The notes under the pieces were generated by a model. It had not been told where the DNA came from, ran no database searches, and was given only the letters and a program-made list of their open reading frames with translations. The position numbers were made by a program, and so were the translations under genes. Below are positions 46,484 through 58,452 of a DNA stretch of 64,000 bases, one piece after another (the stretch's first letter is position 1; each line of letters starts with the position of its first letter). The DNA is from the human T2T-CHM13v2.0 reference genome, Homo sapiens, in the NCBI RefSeq assembly GCF_009914755.1, contig NC_060944.1. One strand, 5' to 3'.

Positions 46484-47915
46484 TCACTTCCACAAAGGTG
46501 CACCAGTGACTGTGGGTTTCTGGTCACAAGCTTCGTAAGCACCCCGCTTTACAGTGCATAAGGGCCTTTCATATCCTTCTCCTCCAATCAGAAGAGAGGA
46601 AGGGAAAAAAGAGAAAAGAGAGAAGGGAAAGATCCCCGAAAGGAAAGAATTGAAAAATCGAGTCAAGCTCACAGACATATGTTATGGGACAAAGACAAAT
46701 ATAGAAAAGCTTAGAGAGAGAGAAAGAAAATGAGGGGGACGAAAGTAAGAAAGAGACAAATTTTAAAAAGTTTTTAAAAAGAGAGAAAAAAAGAGAAAAT
46801 ATTCACGGCAAGCCCAGCCCAGGAGAGGGATAGCGCCAGTGCCCATTGTCCAGACGATTCCAGGCCCCGCCTCCAGGCTGGCTCTGTCCCAAATACCTGC
46901 ACCCAGGAGCCAGCCTTCGGTCTGAGTGCTGGAGCCCGGGGAACAGCAGCCTCTGGGCACTACGCGGTCCCCAGCACCACCTGCTGGACAGACAGGGCAC
47001 TACACTTATCCCGGGAAGTTCCACTTTGGGGCCCTGGAGGAGACTCCTGGTACCCCCACAAGGCAGCCAGGTGGGCGTAAAGTCTCCATTTCTCAAAGAA
47101 GGAAGCTGAGGGTCCCAGAAAGACAGAGAATCTCAGATATGGCCACTCAGCAAGTATCAGGTGTTGACAGATTCAGGAGCAGGCAAGGGTGTCTGACTTC
47201 AAAGGTCCTAGTCCAGCCCCCCATGAATGAACCCACGTGGCAGACACAGAGGTTAGAGGGGCCCGCTTGGCCACAGATGGGTGTGGCTTGCACCCCCCGC
47301 TCTGATCACTGTGCTAACCCTGCTTTCTTCTATTAATATTTAGCCGTGATTCACCACTGTCTGGCCCTGGGCTACAGTATGGAAGGGGTGTGGTTCCTGC
47401 TCTTACTGCTGGGGGGAAGGTGGACAGGAAGTACACCAACAGTTATTTAGATAAAATCATAAAGCGGTCAACACACCCCATCGTACCTTCCACTTCCTGG
47501 GTGGCCTCTGTTGCAGTCCACGCCAAGGGGCCATCTCTGGGTCAGCACCTTTTGACAGATGAAAAAACTGAGGCTCAGAGGAATTCAACCACCTGGGCCC
47601 TGCCCTCATCCTGGAGGAGCAGAGAAGGAGAGGCTCCGAGAGACGTCAATGCGGGGCTGCGCCTGCCCCTTGATTCTCCATTGGACGGCACAGTGACTCC
47701 GGGTCACCAGGTCCTCCCCGAGCTGACATCGCCATGGCAAGTCCAGAGCTAAGGATCTAGCCGTCAGCGTGAGCAGGCCGGATGAGTGCTCGGACCACGT
47801 GGCTCCGGGGAGCTGGAGAGCTGGCACCCTCCTCAAGAAGACAGCCGCTCCTCAGCTCCAGCTGACATGTAGCCAGGTGGGAATGTGGACCAGTGTGACC
47901 AGAGCTTCTGATTTT

Positions 47916-48092
47916 TTCTTTAATCTTTTTTTTAAGAGGCAGGACCACACTACGTTGCCCAGGCTGGAGTGCAGTTGGCTATTCACAGGTGTGATCAAAG
48001 CGCACGACAGCCTTGAACTCCTGGTCTCAAGCAATCCTCCCACCTTTGCCTCCAAGTAGCTGGGACCACAGGTGCGCACCACCACACCCAGC
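47916..48092 (-). mobile_element. FAM (fossil Alu monomer)
   Basis: Monomer retaining the 7SL-derived GGCTATTCACAGGTGTGATC segment; perfect 16-bp TSD CAGAGCTTCTGATTTT (47900-47915 / 48094-48109). Confidence 0.85.
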
Positions 48093-48982
48093 TCAGAGCT
48101 TCTGATTTTCGAGACAAACTAAAAATCAGAATTCAGAGATGAAATTTGCTGGTTCATAAATATAATTCATTTTTTTAAAACACCATATCAGGAAGGAAGT
48201 AAAAAAAAAAACCCACATTTAGTTCCAAGTTTCAGCCTGGAGCCATCAGTTTGAGACCTCTTGTCTCCTGCAAAAATGTCCGCTTGCTCTGAGAGGCCCT
48301 TCGTGCTTAGTTTTATACTTGGAGAAACACATCTCGGAGAGGGAGGTGGGCCCGGCTCTCCCTCCCAACTCTGCAAGCACAGCTCTGAGCCTGTAAAGTA
48401 TGCAACTTGCTCAAGGCCACAGAGAGCCGGCTGGAAACCCAAGCTGCTCCTGCCTACGGCCCCAGGAGAATGTATGTTCCTTCTGCGGGCCCCCAGGGTG
48501 GAGGAGAGGCTGAAATCGATGCTTTCTAGAAACGTGTCTGCCTGAAGGAAGACGTCCAATCCTCCCTGTTGACCTCAAATATAGATTGAGGTAACAGGTC
48601 TTCCCTCGAAGTGATTTTCCCTGGATCCAAACACTGGCCTCAGATAATTCTAAATAATCAATCCATGACTGTGCCTGAAACCCCACCAGGATTCCCTCTT
48701 GCCTGTTACAGTATTGAGTCCTTTGAAACCTGTAACTGAGAGACGCGAGGATCTCTCTCTGGGAGGGATCCAATCTGGGCCTTCAGAGAATGTAATCTGC
48801 AACAGGTTAGTTTGGAAGGAAAAGAGACTGAAAGAGAAGGGGCTCGAGTGTGAAATGGCAGGGCTGGGTGCAGCACCATGGTACAGGGGAGTCCCAAGGG
48901 TGGCCATGACCCAGAGGAAACTGTCATCGATTTCAGCATTTTCCAAAGGATTGGAAATCGGGAAAAGATGGAATAAAGAAGA

Positions 48983-49287
48983 GGCCATACGCAACATACC
49001 GAAACCCGGTCTCTATAAAAATTTTTAAAAATTAGCCAGGCATGGTGGTGTGTGCCTGTAGTCCAGGCTACTTGGTAGGCAGCATACTGAAACCTGGTCT
49101 CCACAAAAAATTTAACAAATTAGCCAGGCGTGGTGGCACGTGCCTGTAGTTGCAGTTACTTGGGATGCTGAGGTGGGAGGATAAATTGAGCCCAGGAGGT
49201 CGAAGCTTAAGTGAGTCATGATCGCGCCACTGCACTCTACCCTGGGTGATAAGAGCAAAAGACCCTGTCTCAAAAAAAAAAAAAAAA
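48983..49287 (+). mobile_element. Rearranged AluJ (most of left arm missing, ~88 bp internal tandem duplication)
   Basis: The linker and right-arm start occur twice before a complete right arm and A tail. Confidence 0.8.
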
Positions 49288-50064
49288 GGACGAGGGGGCA
49301 CAGGGCTGGCACAGCAGAACAGGTCTGCAGCCCAGGGAATGAGGTTTCTCTGACTAGGCAAACAAACCCAGGCAGCTTCATAAAGATCACCTGGGCCCAG
49401 GCAGGTGGAGAACCTGCTGACAGCCTAGGATGCAGCCACCAGGCCCAGGTGTGCACGCAGACTCTCTATTCTCATTGGTGCATTTCACGTCTGCCCAATA
49501 GGCCTGTTTGTGGCCAGCGTAAGTTCTGGCTGACTGGGGGTCCGGCACGACCATGTTGTGGGTATTTTGAACTCCACTCCCGCCTGGATCCAACAGGCCT
49601 TGCAGGTTGGAGCGAGGAGGATTCTATGGCACCCCTTGGATCCACACTGTCCCCTCAGCACAAGTAAGCCACCCAGGAGGAGGTGTGGAATTCCTGGGAA
49701 AACAGTCACTTTTTCCTACCTTCACAGTGAAATGGGAGCTCAGAATCCAGGGGGGAAAAAGCTGAAATATCAAATAAGGCCTGTTATTTTCCTGTATACC
49801 TGGGTTGCAGGCAATCCGTGCAACCTCGGGTCGTCCTCAGCAATCACCCCGCGAGAGAAGCTGCATCGCCCCATTATCAAGGAGGAAACTGAGGCACAGA
49901 GTGAAAACATCACTGACTTCGGGGTCGCTGGTTCAAGGCCCCGATGCAGAGATCAGCACTGTCCTCCATGAGGCTTTTAAAGCGCGAGCTCATCCCCTAG
50001 TGCCCCCGGCCGCACCCACCCCCCAAGCCACCCACCGCAGATGAAGCAGATCACAGCCTCGTTC

Positions 50065-51697
50065 TTTGTATTATAAACTGACTTTTAATAATAATAAAAA
50101 ATCTATCAAGAATTTAACGAGAAGAATCTGTACATTTTAAAGTAAACCAGTGCACAATGCGCTGGCCCTGGGCCCTCCCCCATTTCCCGCAGCAGGGCTA
50201 AAGCGGGTCCTCCTTTGTCTCTGATGCAAGATACAGTGACAAGGCCACTGCCTGCCCTCGTGTATGCTGCGGCAAGAGAGGGAAGCGCACCCTGGAGGGC
50301 GGGAGGCTCGGATGCCAGATGCCGGGAGGGCTTCAAGCTCCCAGGCCTGGGGGCAGCAGGGAGCCCCCACCTGAACTCACCACCTGCCAGGAGTGACAGG
50401 CGTCCCCCCGCTTCCTCCCCAGCTGTGACCTTTCCCTGAAGGCATACCGAAGCTGGGGGGACAAACTGCCGAGGGGGCTTGTGTGGGTCCCTCCTCCCCA
50501 GCAGGCAGGGTGGCTTCCTGTGCTCTGGCTGGTGATGTCCCAATCGCCCTGCTCTGAGAAGTTACCATCAAGAAAATAAATCACAGAAGCCACCGCCCGG
50601 TGTTTCCCAGTGACCCTCTAACCCGTGTGACATGGCACCTCAGGTGGGGCTCCATCCCCTCCAGCTCCAACCCTGGCTGGCCACCTCTCAGGCCCTTGTA
50701 GCCAGTCACTCAAAGAGAGCGAGTTCTAACACCGGCCAACCGCTGGAGAATGGAGGGTGGGGGAAGGAATCACAGTCGATACCTCAAAACGACACCTTAC
50801 AACCCTAATATTAACAAACAGGAAACAATGACATTTTTTAATTTTTCAATAATTTAGTTTTTCTTTTGTGCTCTTTTTTTTTTAGTAGAAGCGGGAACAG
50901 TTGTCAATACTACCTTCTGTTGGTCCCCTGTTAGACAACATACCTTTCTTTGAAATGTAAAATGTCAAATATATAATCACACAACTTTAGAAAAAACAAA
51001 CTTTGACAACACCAACAACAAAAAATCCCAAAATAAACCAGAGATTTCATGCCATATAAATAAAGTCAGAGCAAATCTCGTGCCCAGGGCTGGTGGCCCC
51101 AGTTCCAGGGGCGGTGATGTCCAGAGCTGGTGTGGCTCTCGGGGATCCTCTGGTAACAGGCGTGATGGAGGCCCCGTCTCTCCTTTCCCGACAGAGCCAA
51201 GTCTTTTCCAAGTCCACCAAGCAGGTTAGTACAGGGTTAGGGTGAACCTGGAAGCTAAGATGAGGAGGAGGAGACACGTGTGGTCACCTGGAATGTGGAC
51301 GTTGAAGGAAACCGGGGTTTCAAAAGTGCAGGCGGAGCCATCCCGAGGGAGCCGGGTGGCCCCATGTGGCCTCCATGACGTTCCCTTGGGTTCTGGGGAC
51401 GCAGGAGCCGAAGGCCAGGCACCAGCTGCTCCCATCAGCTCTATGGGTCTCCAGCACCCCTCCAGCTTCTGGCAGGCGTGTGAAGAATGGGCCGGCCCAG
51501 GGCCAATCAGCCAGCTCGTCATCACAGCGAGGGTGGCCAGGCTTGTCCCGGAAGGAGGCAGGGAGGACGCTGGGCAGGTCCCGGAACAGGCGGCTGCGGA
51601 AGCCTTGGGCCATCCCTGGAGAAGGCCAGCGCTGCCTGCTGTGTCCTCCCAAATCCCAGCTCCAGAGGCCGCGGCCCAGCGTGGGGCATTTGGGTGT
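50065..51697 (-). other. PREX1: PREX1 3' UTR (~1.6 kb; distal end approximate)
   Basis: No recognisable repeats after the stop codon; U-rich blocks on the minus strand (~50800-51060); ends at an ATTAAA signal. Confidence 0.8.
50084..50089 (-). terminator. PREX1: Poly(A) signal ATTAAA of PREX1
   Basis: Plus-strand TTTAAT; an upstream UGUA (plus taca 50131-50134) and a U-rich tract precede it on the mRNA. Confidence 0.75.
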
Positions 51698-51740
51698 TCA
51701 GAGGTCCCCATCCACCGGCGGCTGGCAGAGGCGGTAGAGG
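51698..51740 (-). CDS. PREX1: PREX1 terminal exon, coding part: (R)LYRLCQPPVDGDL-stop
   Basis: atccccag|CCTCTAC acceptor; TGA at 51700-51698; completes the split Arg codon CG|C; matches the P-Rex1 C-terminus. Confidence 0.95.
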
Positions 51741-53360
51741 CTGGGGATGGAGGCAAAGAGAATGAGGAGAGGCCGGGGCGGGCCAGGACCTATTTGTATT
51801 ATTTCCATTTTTACCTGAACATGTAATTCATGCCCAGAAACCCAAACTCACAGGTATATAAAAGATGCAGAGAAAAATATCTATGCTGTCCATGCCTTCT
51901 GCTGACTGCCAGGCCCCTACCCACAGGCAGTCTCTGCCCACTCAGAGACTGGCATTTACAAATGAAGACGTGTCTACAGGTGCACGTGTGCGTTCAGCCA
52001 TGTGGGGGTGGGGCGCACATTCCACACTAGTGGGGGCCAGATGGCCACAGCACTCTGCCCCTTACGCAGTTTCACTTGCTCTATCCTGGGAAACTCTATA
52101 TGCAGAGATGGTTTTGGAGCCGGGGGACCAGACAGGAGGCTGCGTGGTGTCCAGGGCAAGCAGACTGCAATGCTGCACATGTGGTCTGATGTGGTCAGCG
52201 CTCGGACTCCACGCCCAGACTGCCTGGGTTCAGAATCCCAGCTTTGCCATTTACTAGCTGTGTGACATTGGACAAGATACTTAACCTCTCTGTGCCTTAG
52301 CGTCCCCACCTGCCAAGTGGGGATGACAGCCGGACTTGGCTCACAGGGCAGCTGTTTGGATTAATGAGTCCACAGAGGGGAAGCAATTGGACAGTGCGTG
52401 GCACAGGGCAAAGGCCGTGAAGGTATTGAAAGGAACCACGTGCCACTCGTGAGACACAAACAAGGTGTGTGTGGAGCCCCCAGCGCCACAGCACGCACAG
52501 TGACTCTCGTCACCACTGGCAGCAGGTGTTGCCGGCGCTCTGTGGTTACGTAAGACGTTGCCGCTGGCGGGGAGCTGCCTGAAGGGTCCATGGAACTGTG
52601 GACTATTTTTACAACTTCTTGGGAGTCACATTATTTCAAAACAAGAGTTATTTAAAACTTGTGGGCAGATGACGACAGCAAACTAGGGCTGTGGAGATGG
52701 AGAGAGGATCAGACGGAAACAACGTCATGATCCTAAAGGGCCTACATGTGGCACCAAGAGGAAGACTGAAAACCACATGAAGAGAGGGCAGGGTGGGAGG
52801 ACAGGAGGAAACAGCACTCCCCATGCCAAAGACGGCAGGAACAGAGAGCATTCCTGCAAATCAGGCATCGCAGGCCTGGGCCCAGGCTGCTGTTCAGTTC
52901 GCATTTCTGTAAATGGCTAAAAGGTTAGCTTAGGTTGGATCAGCTAAAATCACAGAATTCTTAATTCCACCCCAGGTTAAAGCGAGCCGCTCAGGGGTCA
53001 GGGACTCAGGGTAGGGGGCACGGGGTGGGGGGCACATGGCATGGGACACAGGGTGGAGGGCACGGGGCGGGGGCTCAGGGCTGAGAGGGCATGGGGCTGA
53101 GGGCACAGTGTAGTGAGGTGGGAGGATCTCATAGAGTCACCGCCTCACGGCACACCTGGGGGCTCATCTTCCCGGTGGGAGCAGGAGCTCCTTTGGGAGG
53201 TGACAAAGTTGTGTCTGTTGCTCCTCAAAGAGGTTCCCCATAAATGAGAGGGGAAGCCCCATCTGAGCATTAGGGGTTAGGCCAGGAGCATGATGCCAAA
53301 GCCAGGCCTGGGTCGCCAGCTGGGAGTGGACAGGAAGGGGCGGACGAGGCAGCCACTCAC

Positions 53361-53428
53361 CGCGGAGCACCCTGGGGCATCTGGTCCTTGACTCGCAGGT
53401 TTTTGGCCAGAATCTCCACCCTTGGGCC
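53361..53428 (-). CDS. PREX1: PREX1 penultimate exon (68 bp): [22 protein letters not shown](R)
   Basis: cttccag|GGCCC acceptor and CCGCG|gtgagt donor; phase 0/2. Confidence 0.95.
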
Positions 53429-53673
53429 CTGGAAGAAGGAACCATCAGGCAGGGGCCTCTGCAGGTTCAGGGCACGTGAGGAAGCACACTGGGGGGTGGG
53501 GGTGGGGCCCAGAAGCCCAAGGACCCAGAAGCTAAGATCCTTGCTCCCCTCCAGATTCAGAGAAGGCTCAGGTCTGGGGCTGGTGGCTACCAGCCCCTCA
53601 TCCCACCCTGGCTGCAAGCATGCCACGCCCTCAGCCCAGGGTGCTGGAGGACCCTGTGGCCAAGCGGCCTCAC

Positions 53674-53776
53674 CTGCTTCCGCATGATGTCCGTGGCCTG
53701 CATGATGCACTTGGGCAGCAACCCGTGGCTCCGTGCCAAGATGGCCGCCTGCTCCAGGGACACGCTCAGGGTGCTC
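53674..53776 (-). CDS. PREX1: PREX1 coding exon (103 bp): (R)[34 protein letters not shown]
   Basis: ctgctgcag|GAGCA acceptor and CAG|gtgagg donor; phase 2/0. Confidence 0.95.
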
Positions 53777-54319
53777 CTGCAGCAGGGGAGGGAGGACGGC
53801 GGGTTGGCGGTGGGGGGACAGGGGTCGGGGGAGGACAGCGGGAGTCAGAGGACAGTGGGTGAGAGCTGGGGCGACTTCCTGTCCCTCCGAGGCCTCCCAG
53901 ACCCAATCCTGACCATCACGGCAACGCCTCCTCCTGCCGTCCCTCCCCGCTTGCTCCTCTTCCTCCAGGCAGCCACCACCCTCACTGGCAGGCACTCTGG
54001 TGCTTCCCCGTCTGCAGAAGCCCTGTTGAGTTCCCTGTGACATTCCCAGTGCCTCGCTCAGAGGAGGACTCGGTAAATATCTGCTGAGTGAGTGGGGGAC
54101 TCCCTGGGAGCCTCACGACTTGTCGGCTCCGTGGGGTTTGAGATGGACACATCGATTCACACCTCTCTGGGTTTCTCAACAGTTCTAGAACGTGGATTCT
54201 GCAGCGAGACCTCTAGGATTCCAATCCTGTCCCTCCATGTAACTCCTCTGTGACCCTGGGTAGCTGAGTTAACCTCAGCCTCCCTATACTATTAACTATG
54301 AAACAGGGAGCATGGTGGT

Positions 54320-54505
54320 GCACAGAGGACCTGGCCCAGCTGGAGGGGCTATCCTGGGAACCACAGGAAGCTGAGCAGCATCCCGGCCTCTACCCACTAA
54401 AGGCCAGGAGCTCCTCCCTCCCCTAAGTTGTGACAACCAAAAATGTGTCCAGACATTGCCAAATGTTCCCCGGGGATAAAACTGCCCCTAGGTGAGATCC
54501 CCTAA
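54320..54505. mobile_element. MER20 DNA transposon (PREX1 intron)
   Basis: GCAGCATCCCGGCCTCTACCCACTA ... GTTGTGACAACCAAAAATGTGTCCAGACATTGCCAAATGT. Confidence 0.8.
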
Positions 54506-55261
54506 AATAGGCCCCACTACTGCACTGGTAGAGAAAGACGGAAAGGAGTTAATCTGCATGGAACGTCAATGACCTAGGAGGCAGAGAGCACTGGCCCCGT
54601 GAAACATTTATTCAGCAAATGTTTCTTGAGCACCTGTCTCAGGCCAGGCACTGCTCTAGCCTCTGGGGAACAGCAGAGAACAAAAGGGGCCCCTGCCCTC
54701 CCAGATCCAGCCCTGCCCTGAGGGAGCCAAGGAGGAAATAAATACCCCAATGAAGGCTGTCTGGGGAGTGGGGGTGAGGGCTGCGGAGGAAGAGAGGGTT
54801 GGGAGGGCACTGAGTGGGGAGAGTGGGCACAGTTTGTAACGGAAGGTCAGGAAGCACTCTGGAGAAGGTGACCTCTTCCTCCCTGGGATGAGCACTGGGG
54901 ACAAAGGATGGAGGTAGGAGGCAGGGGAGCCTCCAGTGAGGTCAGCAGGCCCCATAAACCAGCCATTGCTATTGTTAATGTTGAAGGAGGCTTCCGGCGG
55001 AACTACAGGGCACAGCTCTCACACACACTCACTACGGCGTTAGAGAAGCAGGTGGCTCCACAGCCCTGCTAGGACCACCTGCTGCTGCCATTCCGTTTCA
55101 CAGACAGACAAACTGAGGTGCAGACAGAGCCAAGGCTCTACAGGCAATGGCAGAACCAGGATTGGAACCCAGCCTTCCTGCCTCCTTGCCACAGGACCCC
55201 AAACTGACCAGAAGCTAGGCCAGCCCCTCCCCACACCCCGACTCAGCGGGCAGCAGCTCAC

Positions 55262-55434
55262 CTCTGCATGCCTGTGCCACACATGACCATCTGGCAGGCC
55301 CCCAGGCGGTAGCAGAGCTCCGAGGAGATGGGGATGAGGCCGGCGCCCACACTCCCAGCAGCACCAGGCTTTGGGTGGACAAAGGACTTCATGAGGCGGC
55401 AGAGCTCATCCAGGGCATTGATGGGGCGGATCAG
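55262..55434 (-). CDS. PREX1: PREX1 coding exon (173 bp): [57 protein letters not shown](R)
   Basis: cctacag|CTGATC acceptor and CAGAG|gtgagc donor; phase 0/2; contains most of the CX5R-like motif CGTGMQR. Confidence 0.96.
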
Positions 55435-56540
55435 CTGTAGGGGGTACCACACATAACCGGGGAGTTGGAGGAGGTCCTCACAGCCCCTCAGCCCCCATCT
55501 GGCCCTCCTCCCCCACCATATCCTTCTAATCCAGCTGTTCCTGCAGCTGCCTCCCAGCTCACCCCTCTGGGGATAACAATGCAATTCAATCTTCTATAAC
55601 CTCTGCTCAAGAACCCTCTGTGGCTCCCCACTGCCCTACAAGCTGGCAGTCAGTGTTGACCATATATTTCAGGTCTAACCTTCCAACCTAATTCTCTTCA
55701 CCTGCCCAGGTGTGTCCCCAGTGAAGCCTGAAGAAAGTGCCCTCTCCCAGCCTGTCAAGACCAACACAAGCGCCCCCTCTCCAGAAAAAGCCTTCCCTTC
55801 TGCCCCCAGCATTCCCTGACCCCCACGTGGAGGTGCAAGGGGTGGTTCACTAACGAGCTGTGCTGCGGGGACATTCTGCCAGCCAGAGTGGAAAGTCCCA
55901 AACGGCTGTGCCCACCCTCCTCCCGGAGCCCCCAGCTCACAGCCCCAAGACAGCACCCCAAAATCATCAGCACATTCAAGGCCTGCCTGACCCTAGAAAA
56001 CCAGGAGGCCAAAAGACATGTGTTGAGGGTCAGAGGCAAGGAGCCCAAGGAGCCGAACTATCGAGGCCCCTCAGAGGGAGCTGCTCCCAGCTCGGAGCAA
56101 CGGGGACATGTGGCAACATGGTCCCCAACAGCCAGATCTTCCCATTCCTCCAGAAAAGCTGGAAGCCTCTGTTTTTATGGGAAATCTTTTGATTTCTAAA
56201 GGTTGACAGCAAATTTGAAACACATAAACAAAAAGAATACCATACAGGTTACATCTGTCATGAGGTCCAGGCTCCAGCCTCAGAGAAATGCTGTGGTTAA
56301 TAAGGCGGATTGGAGTGGCAGAGATGGGCGGCTGCCAGCGAAAATAAATCATCCCAGGAAGTTGGGAATGGGGAGGAAGCTATCATGGGAGACTTCCTGG
56401 AGGAGGAGAGACTGCAGGGTCTCAAGGGCTTTGGGGCTAGAATCTGCTGGGGCACAACCCTGGGCCTGTCTGCTGAGTCCTGACTCCTGAGCGCCCCACC
56501 CTGCCCAAGCTCCCTGCAGCAGGAGGGCACGTGGACATAC

Positions 56541-56607
56541 CTGGTCTATCTTTACCGCCGTGGTGCTGGCATCCGTGGGCAGGTTAGACCGCTCCAGGTA
56601 AAATGCC
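56541..56607 (-). CDS. PREX1: PREX1 coding exon (67 bp): [23 protein letters not shown]
   Basis: tctcgcag|GGCAT acceptor and CAG|gtatgt donor; phase 2/0. Confidence 0.95.
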
Positions 56608-56973
56608 CTGCGAGAGAAAGATGGGAATGAGGCGGGGGCCACCACACCCACCATCCTCCTGCCCCTACCCAGGTCTCAACTCCTGCAGCCACCGTGACTC
56701 CGCCCTCTGCCGACTCTCAGAATGAAATCCCTGAGAGCGCCTGCAGGCTGTGCTCACCCGCAGGCACCTGTTCCTACAACAGCCGGGGGGGAAAGAGGGG
56801 CCTCCTGAGCACTCCTCCAATGCCACCCCTCCCTGCCTGCCCGTCCACAGCAGCCCCCAGCCCTCTGCTCCCCAGGCCCTGGTCCTGCTTTTTCTCTCTT
56901 CTGAGCACTTCTCACCACTTGGCATCTCATGGCTCTGGGCTTACTGGTTTACTGTTCGTCTCCCCCTCCAGAA

Positions 56974-57182
56974 CAGGGGTCAGCGAACTTCTTCTGTGAA
57001 GAGCCCAACGGTAAACATTTTATGCTTTGTGCACTGGAAAGTCTCGATCGCGGCCACTCAGCTCTGCCATTGCAGCACAAAAGCAGCCACAGAGGATGTG
57101 AAAATGAGTGAATGCAGGTGTGCTAATAAAACTTTATTTACAAAACAGGGAGACAAGGAGGGCCAGATTTTGACAACCCCTG
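56974..57182 (+). mobile_element. MER58A (PREX1 intron)
   Basis: CAGGGGTCAGC...ACCCCTG termini; 8-bp TSD CTC(C/T)AGAA. Confidence 0.85.
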
Positions 57183-58089
57183 CTCTAGAATATATGCTCC
57201 ATGAAGAACAGGACTTTGTTTTGCTCACTGCACATTCCCAAACAAGCACCCGGAACAGTGCCCGGCCCGCAGAAGGCCTCAACATGTGTGAATGAAGGGA
57301 TGAATGAATCATCACACAGGCAGGACTCAGAGTATTCCACAGATGGCGCAGAACAGACTGATGACAGCCCTGATCAATCCAAACAGATGCCAGTTTTCAG
57401 TAACTGGGCTGGATGCTTTCTCTGAGCAAACGAATGAAGCCTCATTCTCTCATTTCCAAATGATGAAGCCCAGACCCGTACTCATCTCCCTGGGGTCTTA
57501 ATTCTCGGCCTGCCTCTGTCACAGAGGGAGGTGGTGAGACACACGCAGGAAGGGCTGTGGGGGAGGGTGGTAGGAGTGGGAGCTGCAGAACTTAGAAGCT
57601 GCCTCCCAGAACCTGTGGTTCCTCCTGGTGATACCTGGCTCCTGCTCTCACCCCTCCTCCCCTGGGGTTCTCTTCTGAGCAGCCAAGACCCTGGGAGCCG
57701 CACCCCTCACTCACAGGCCCAAGAGTCCCAAGGTCCCCTGTCCTAGCTCCCACCCTCTGTAGAATGAAGCCGGCTCCTCTCAGTAGGAAAGACCCACTTT
57801 GAAACCAAACAGACCCCAGTTCAAAGCTCAGCCACTGCCTGGCTGTGTGACCTTGGGCAAGTGTGTACACTTTCTGGGCCTCAGTCGCCTCCTCTGTAAA
57901 GTGGGATCCATGGCCTGCTGCCATTGAGAATCTCACGCAGGCAAGAGTGCTGTCACACAGAAGGTGCTCAAGAAAGGGTGTGCGGCCCACTGCCCATGCT
58001 GGGGGTCCGCCTGGCACCTTCCATGCTAATGCCCACTCCACGTGGAGGTTTCCTGACTCCTGCCCCCAACGGGGACCCCAGGCGGATAC

Positions 58090-58204
58090 CTGAGTTTGCG
58101 GTAATACTGCTGAACTTTCTCCAGGGACTGCGCGTTGATGTCCTGCTGCAAATCCTCCGCGGCCTGGCTGCCTGGAGAAGGCAGCCCCTCCACGTTCTCC
58201 AGCA
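58090..58204 (-). CDS. PREX1: PREX1 coding exon (115 bp): [38 protein letters not shown]
   Basis: ctcccag|TGCTG acceptor and CTCAG|gtatcc donor; phase 1/2; separated from the previous exon by a 104 bp intron. Confidence 0.95.
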
Positions 58205-58308
58205 CTGGGAGGGGAGATGTCGGGGGCGGGCAGGCGGTTGGGAGCCGGTGTGCTTGGTGGCCTTGGCCCGGCCCCCGTGGTCCTCCCTGCCCCAGGCCTG
58301 AAGCTCAC

Positions 58309-58452
58309 CTTTCGTGAACAGCGCTGTGTGCAGCCTCAGGCTGGCCCCACCCTCCAGGCGGGAGGGCAGCTTGGAGAAGTGGTAGCTGTCGAGGTAGAAG
58401 ATGACCTTCAGCGCCTGCCGGCTGCCCTCAATGTGGTAGAAGACGTTGGTGT
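58309..58452 (-). CDS. PREX1: PREX1 coding exon (144 bp): [48 protein letters not shown]
   Basis: ttccgcag|ACACC acceptor and AAAG|gtgagc donor; phase 1/1; lies within ORF 57968..58516(-). Confidence 0.96.

Noticed and set aside
51242-51826. 194-aa plus-strand ORF antisense to the PREX1 last exon
   Set aside because: Non-ATG start, no recognisable domain; long ORFs are expected by chance in GC-rich DNA.
57335-57352. Second CTCF-like motif (TCCACAGATGGCGCA)
   Set aside because: The 5' half does not fit the core spacing; only AGATGGCGC matches.
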